DNA of 64,000 nucleotides from Candidatus Woesearchaeota archaeon (lineage in GTDB: Archaea > Nanobdellota > Nanobdellia > Woesearchaeales > UBA583). Below the pieces are notes generated by a model. The model saw only the letters and a list, made by a program, of their open reading frames with translations, ran no database searches and was not told the origin of the DNA. The position numbers and the translations under genes were made by a program. This document shows, in pieces, positions 59,184 to 64,000 of this stretch. The stretch is from positions 576,001 through 640,000 of the forward strand of contig OZ242164.1 of assembly GCA_965205335.1 (NCBI GenBank), written 5' to 3'. Position 1 is the stretch's first letter. Every line of letters starts with the position of its first letter.

Positions 59184-60431
59184 TTACAAATCACTAAAAT
59201 CAAGAGTTGCAAACAAATCATCATACATCTCAGATCTTCTAATTTGCTTAACACTACCATCCTCTTTTAACAACAACTCAGAAGACCTTAACTTCCCATT
59301 ATAATTAAAACCCATTGAATGTCCATGTGCTCCAGCATCATGAATTACAATAATATCACCTATCTCAACTTTGGGAAGTTTCCTATCAACTGCAAACTTA
59401 TCATTATTCTCACACAAAGACCCAACAATATCATAAACATCAGTTAGTTCTTCATCCTCTTTGCCAAGAACACTTATATGATGATAAGCCCCATACATTC
59501 CCGGTCTCATAAGATTTGCCATGCACGCGTCAACACCAATATAATTCTTATAAATATCCTTCATATGAATAACCTTCGTAATTAAATAACCATAAGGACC
59601 TGTAATCATTCTTCCTGATTCCAAATATATCTTTAACTCACTCATACCCTCACTAACTGCTTTTTCATACTCATCCTTAATCCCCAAACCTAAATCCATC
59701 AAATCAATTGCTTTCTGGGAAGGCTCATATGGAATTCCAATTCCACCTCCTAAATTCACAAACTCAAACTCAATCCCAACCTCTTTTGAAATTTCAATAA
59801 CAAGTTCAAACATCATCTTAGCAGAATGAACAAAATAATTAACATCAAGTTCATTTGATACTACCATAATATGAATTCCAAACCTCTTAACACCCTTCTC
59901 CTTGCATATCCTATATGCTCTAAAAATCTGTTCTCGGGTTAAACCATATTTTGCTTCCTCTGGCTTTCCTATAATAATATTACCCCCTTTCAAAGGACCT
60001 GGATTATATCTAAAACAAATCAACTCAGGCAGTCTAACATTATCCTCAAGAAATTTAATGTGGTTAATATCATCCAAATTAATTACTGCTCCCATCTTAA
60101 TAGCCTTCTCATATTCCTCTACCATAGTATTATTCGAAGTAAACATAACATTCTCACCAGTAATTCCAACCTTCTCACATAAAAGAAGTTCGGCAATAGA
60201 TGAACAATCCACACCAAAACCAACTCTCTGTATTATTTTCAGAAGATGGGGATTAGGTGATGCTTTAAGTGCATAATACTCCCTAAATCCCTTATTCCAC
60301 GAAAAAGCCTTACTTAGTTTCTCTGCATTAGCGACAATTCCCTTCTCATCATAAATATAAAAAGGTGTGGGATACTTCTTCATAACCTCAATAATCTTCT
60401 CTTTTGTAAAAGGCAAAACTTTCTTAACCAT
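59184..60431 (-). CDS. lysA: Diaminopimelate decarboxylase
   Basis: PTPFYIYDE, YALKA, NLGGG, ESGR, RPGMYG, GSLCENND, YNG. Confidence 0.92.
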   Translation of the reverse strand: MVKKVLPFTKEKIIEVMKKYPTPFYIYDEKGIVANAEKLSKAFSWNKGFREYYALKASPNPHLLKIIQRVGFGVDCSSIAELLLCEKVGITGENVMFTSNNTMVEEYEKAIKMGAVINLDDINHIKFLEDNVRLPELICFRYNPGPLKGGNIIIGKPEEAKYGLTREQIFRAYRICKEKGVKRFGIHIMVVSNELDVNYFVHSAKMMFELVIEISKEVGIEFEFVNLGGGIGIPYEPSQKAIDLMDLGLGIKDEYEKAVSEGMSELKIYLESGRMITGPYGYLITKVIHMKDIYKNYIGVDACMANLMRPGMYGAYHHISVLGKEDEELTDVYDIVGSLCENNDKFAVDRKLPKVEIGDIIVIHDAGAHGHSMGFNYNGKLRSSELLLKEDGSVKQIRRSEMYDDLFATLDFSDL

Positions 60432-60536
60432 AACAAAAGCCAAAAACACCTCTTTTAAAAATATTGCGATTATGAAATAATTATGTACATTCTTAGAATA
60501 TCAAAAGCCTCATAATTTAATAAGATGTTTTACAAG

Positions 60537-61478
60537 TGTGTAGTCGGGTGACATATGTCACCAGTTAAAAAATTCTTTATTTTCCCAATTTCATGAAGAA
60601 ATATGAAATCCGCAAAGAATTTGTTAAGTTAAGAGTGAAGCAATTTTCTTATTCAAAATGTCAGAAAATTTTGAAGAGTAAATTTGATTATAATATTACT
60701 ATTCGTACTTTAAAACGTTGGCAACGCTGTTTTAATAAAGAATCCAATTGGGATTTTTGTGACAACTCTCAAAGACCAAATAAAATCTGGTATAAAGTAA
60801 CCTTGGACATTGAATCTAAAATTATCAATTTAAGAACTGCAACAGGATGGGGAGCTAAAAAGCTCCGTGATTCTTTACATTTAGACTTACATCCAGCCAC
60901 TGTGAATGAAGTTTTGAAACGCAACAATTTAACTAGAAAAGAACATAACAGAGGTCAACGTAAGAAATATGTTCGTTTTCAAAGAAAACATGCAAATTCG
61001 CTTTGGCACATAGATGATAGCGAATTTGGAAAAAAAAGCAAAATAATTGCTGTAGTTGATGATGCTACAAGATATTGTTTAGGAATCTTACAGGTTCCTA
61101 CTGTAACAACTATGGTTGTTACTGAATTTCTTGATAATTTAACTAAGGAGTTTGGAACTCCAACTCAAATAATTAGTGACAATGGTGCTCCCTATGGATT
61201 AAATAGCAAACATTCTAAGTTTGATGTTTGGTGTCGGAGAAGAAAGATTGAACATATTCGGACTAGAGTAAAGAGACCTCAAACAAATGGAAAAGTCGAA
61301 AGACTTTTCGGAACAATTGAGAGAGAAATTAAATATTGTAATGAGGATTTAGAGAAATTTAGAATGAGATATAATCATTTTAGACCTCATGAGAGCTTGT
61401 TTTTACAAACTCCAGCAAATGAATTTTATTCATTTGAAAGAATTTTTTAACTGGTGACATATGTCACCCGACTACACA
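60537..61478 (+). mobile_element. IS481-family insertion sequence, 942 bp
   Basis: Perfect 42-bp TIRs starting TGT; 15-bp TSD AAGATGTTTTACAAG at 60522-60536 and 61479-61493. Confidence 0.93.
60593..61450 (+). CDS. IS481-type DDE transposase (rve core)
   Basis: WHID, VDDATR, SDNG, PQTNGKVER, YNHFRPH; stop codon lies inside right TIR. Confidence 0.93.
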   Translation: MKKYEIRKEFVKLRVKQFSYSKCQKILKSKFDYNITIRTLKRWQRCFNKESNWDFCDNSQRPNKIWYKVTLDIESKIINLRTATGWGAKKLRDSLHLDLHPATVNEVLKRNNLTRKEHNRGQRKKYVRFQRKHANSLWHIDDSEFGKKSKIIAVVDDATRYCLGILQVPTVTTMVVTEFLDNLTKEFGTPTQIISDNGAPYGLNSKHSKFDVWCRRRKIEHIRTRVKRPQTNGKVERLFGTIEREIKYCNEDLEKFRMRYNHFRPHESLFLQTPANEFYSFERIF

Positions 61479-61528
61479 AAGATGTTTTACAAGTTATGTT
61501 TATAAATACTTAAATTTGGATTTATAAC

Positions 61529-64000
61529 ATGCATGATGTTAAGAATTTAATTCTAAATTTAGAATCCGATTTAGATGAATTGGAAAAAATAGTCAAGGAG
61601 AAATTAAACCTTTTAACTCAAGTATTCAACACTGATGACTCGGATGTTTTTCTGTCTCTGATAACCAAAGTAAGAGAAATTACAAGCAAAAGAGAATTTG
61701 AAGTTATAAAAGATGGTATAACAGATTTTAATACATTAAAGAATTATTTAACTGCCGACGTTTCATCTAAGCATCTGAAATTAATCAAAGTTCTTCAAAC
61801 AAGGCTCTCAGAATTAAAAGAACTTTTTGAGAATGAAGTATCTCATGAAAATGCTGAACAAAACAAACAAGTAATCATTAGGGAAGTGAGAATCTTAAGA
61901 AATGAATTAGACTTAATACATGATGAAAAAGGCAATCTGAATGAATTAGTTAAATATTTCAATCTACCAACTTCACAAAGAGGAGAAATTTCTGAGGCAG
62001 AACTCAAAGAAAGAGAGTCTTATTTAATAAAATTAGAACTGCCATTAGATAAACTCACTAAATCTCAAATAAATTTTCTGTGTAAGAATGTTTTTGACGT
62101 ATATGCATTAGGGAAGCAAGCAGGAAAAAATGCAGAGGATTTCTATGGATACAGTATTCCTGCAATAGTGAGTTGCATAGAGAAATATCCTGATTTATGG
62201 CCTAAAATAGGGTATGAATTGGTGGAAATGGGGGAAAAGGCAAGAAAAAATGCAAGGTATTTGTATAGAGAAGGAATTCCTGCAATAATGAGTTGTATAG
62301 AAAAATATCCTGATTTATGGCCTAAAATAGGGTATGAATTGGTGGATATGGGAAAAAGGGCAAGAAAAAATGCAAGGTATTTGTATAGAGAAGGAATTCC
62401 TGCAATAGTGAGTTACATAGAAAAACATCCTGATTTATGGCCTAAAATTAGATATGAATTGGTGAAAGTAGGAAAGAAAGCAGGAAAAAATGCAGAGGAT
62501 TTTTATGGATACGGTATTCCCGCAATAATGAGTTGCATAGAAAAATATCCTGATTCATGGCCTAAAATAGGATATGAATTGATGGAAATGGGAAAACAGG
62601 CAGGAAAAAATGCATGGGATTTTTATAAATATGGAGTTCCCGCAATAATGAGTTGCATAGAAAAATATCCTGATTCATGGCCTAAAATTAGATATGAATT
62701 GGTGGAAGTAGGAAAGAAAGTAGGAAAAAATGCAGAGGATTTTTATGGATACGGTATTCCCGCAATAATGAGTTGCATAGAAAAATATCCAGATTTATGG
62801 CCTAAAATAGGGTATGAATTGGTGGATATGGGAAAAAGGGCAAGAAAAAATGCAAGGTATTTTTATGAACATGGAATTTCTGCAATAGTGAGTTACATAG
62901 AAAAATATCCTGATTCATGGCCTAAAATTAGATATGAATTGGTGGATATGGGAAAAAATGCAGAGGATTTTTATGGATACGGTATTCCCGCAATAATGAG
63001 TTGCATGGAAAAATATCCTGATTTATGGCCTAAAATAGGGTATGAATTGGTGGATATGGGAAAACAGACAGGAAAAAATGTAAGGGATTTTTATGAACAT
63101 AGAGTTCCCGCAATAATGAGTTGCATGGAAAAATATCCTGATTTATGGCCCAAAATAGGGTATGAATTGGTGGATATGGGAAAACAGGCAGGAAAAAATG
63201 TAAGGGATTTTTATGAACATGGAGTTCCCGCAATAATGAGTTGCATGGAAAAATATCCTGATTTATGGCCTAAAATAGGGTATGAATTAGTGGATGTGGG
63301 AAAACCGGCAGGAAAAAATGTAAGGGATTTGTATAAATATGGAATTCCTGCAATATTTCCATTTACTAATATAGAAAACCTTAGTTTGATTTTTAGATTC
63401 ATAAAAAACCAAATCCAAGGCTCAAGGAAGAAAATAAAGATTTTATCAAATCTGTCTAAATTCTCTAACTCAGAAGATATAAAATATGTAATCTGGCACT
63501 ATTTAGAATACAAACAAAAATCCCTTTTAGATTTCATATCCAATATCAACTTAGTTACTGAAATAAACTTAATAATAGACTTAAACTGGATATCTTCAAT
63601 TGCAAAGCCACTTAAGTATATGTCTCAAGAAGAAAGAGACTTTATATTCTCAGAAAATCCGAAAACAGGCAATAAATTAATTGAAGATTATTACCTCAAA
63701 CTCTTAGAATTAAATAATAGTTATCCTGATAAGAAAAGAGCCTCCTTTACACGAGCACTATCACAAATTAAAGATATAAAAAACATACCTACTGGTTCTC
63801 TTAACAATTTACAAGAAGTATTCGCAAAAGAACTCATAAATTATTTTGATAATATGCTAAACAGAAAAATTAAAATTAAAATTGGAAATGAATTTGGAAA
63901 AATTGAAATAGACGAAGAAGAACTAAGATCCGAAATTTTCATTGAGGTATATAAGATGTATTTCTCAACGAGCAAAAATAGAGATTATGCTAAGGAACTT
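61529..64000 (+). CDS. Large tandem-repeat protein (>824 aa, runs off window; absent from ORF track)
   Basis: ATG 61529 behind TTTATAAA at 61499; I read the frame open to 64000. Confidence 0.88.
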   Translation, partial: MHDVKNLILNLESDLDELEKIVKEKLNLLTQVFNTDDSDVFLSLITKVREITSKREFEVIKDGITDFNTLKNYLTADVSSKHLKLIKVLQTRLSELKELFENEVSHENAEQNKQVIIREVRILRNELDLIHDEKGNLNELVKYFNLPTSQRGEISEAELKERESYLIKLELPLDKLTKSQINFLCKNVFDVYALGKQAGKNAEDFYGYSIPAIVSCIEKYPDLWPKIGYELVEMGEKARKNARYLYREGIPAIMSCIEKYPDLWPKIGYELVDMGKRARKNARYLYREGIPAIVSYIEKHPDLWPKIRYELVKVGKKAGKNAEDFYGYGIPAIMSCIEKYPDSWPKIGYELMEMGKQAGKNAWDFYKYGVPAIMSCIEKYPDSWPKIRYELVEVGKKVGKNAEDFYGYGIPAIMSCIEKYPDLWPKIGYELVDMGKRARKNARYFYEHGISAIVSYIEKYPDSWPKIRYELVDMGKNAEDFYGYGIPAIMSCMEKYPDLWPKIGYELVDMGKQTGKNVRDFYEHRVPAIMSCMEKYPDLWPKIGYELVDMGKQAGKNVRDFYEHGVPAIMSCMEKYPDLWPKIGYELVDVGKPAGKNVRDLYKYGIPAIFPFTNIENLSLIFRFIKNQIQGSRKKIKILSNLSKFSNSEDIKYVIWHYLEYKQKSLLDFISNINLVTEINLIIDLNWISSIAKPLKYMSQEERDFIFSENPKTGNKLIEDYYLKLLELNNSYPDKKRASFTRALSQIKDIKNIPTGSLNNLQEVFAKELINYFDNMLNRKIKIKIGNEFGKIEIDEEELRSEIFIEVYKMYFSTSKNRDYAKEL
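62111..63355 (+). repeat. 10.5 tandem 120-bp (40-aa) coding repeats
   Basis: Units start 62111, 62231, 62351, 62471, 62591, 62711, 62831, 62951 (12 bp shorter), 63059, 63179, 63299 (half). Confidence 0.96.

Noticed and set aside
62111-63355. 120-bp repeats as a CRISPR array
   Set aside because: No unique spacers; units are similar end to end, keep frame and encode protein; no cas genes in the window.
63030-63402. Minus-strand ORFs in the repeat array, and other short antisense ORFs in the track
   Set aside because: Shadow frames of longer well-supported genes with no motifs of their own.

Overview
AT-rich archaeal chromosomal segment, most likely from a DPANN lineage (Woesearchaeota/Pacearchaeota-like; inference). 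Archaeal markers are aEF-2, Rpo10, eL18, Pop5, Kae1, TrmB, XPD, A1-U72 tRNA-iMet and tRNA-Gln, and TTTATAAA TATA boxes ~21-27 nt before start codons. The window holds about 55 CDS, 3 tRNAs, a compact RNase P RNA, a Type I R-M locus with embedded accessory genes, two IS elements and five MITE copies or remnants at four sites. Best leads: (1) every transposon insertion site sits in near-fixed register just upstream of a TATA box, with exactly 6 bp between target duplication and TTTATAAA at 5 of 7 sites, suggesting promoter-guided targeting; (2) an ORF missing from the track (61529 to beyond the window end) with 10.5 near-identical 40-aa repeats whose variation concentrates in two dipeptides; (3) an IS5-type element with a promoter-hairpin-terminator unit whose loop is exactly antisense to its own transposase start; (4) a Type I R-M operon with Schlafen/AlbA_2, membrane and HEPN-like genes between hsdM and hsdS; (5) a bacterial sigma-70 homologue and an ArmA/Rmt-like methyltransferase in an archaeon. 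Several genes carry single-base frameshifts that may be assembly errors. All calls are from motif recognition by eye; no searches were run.
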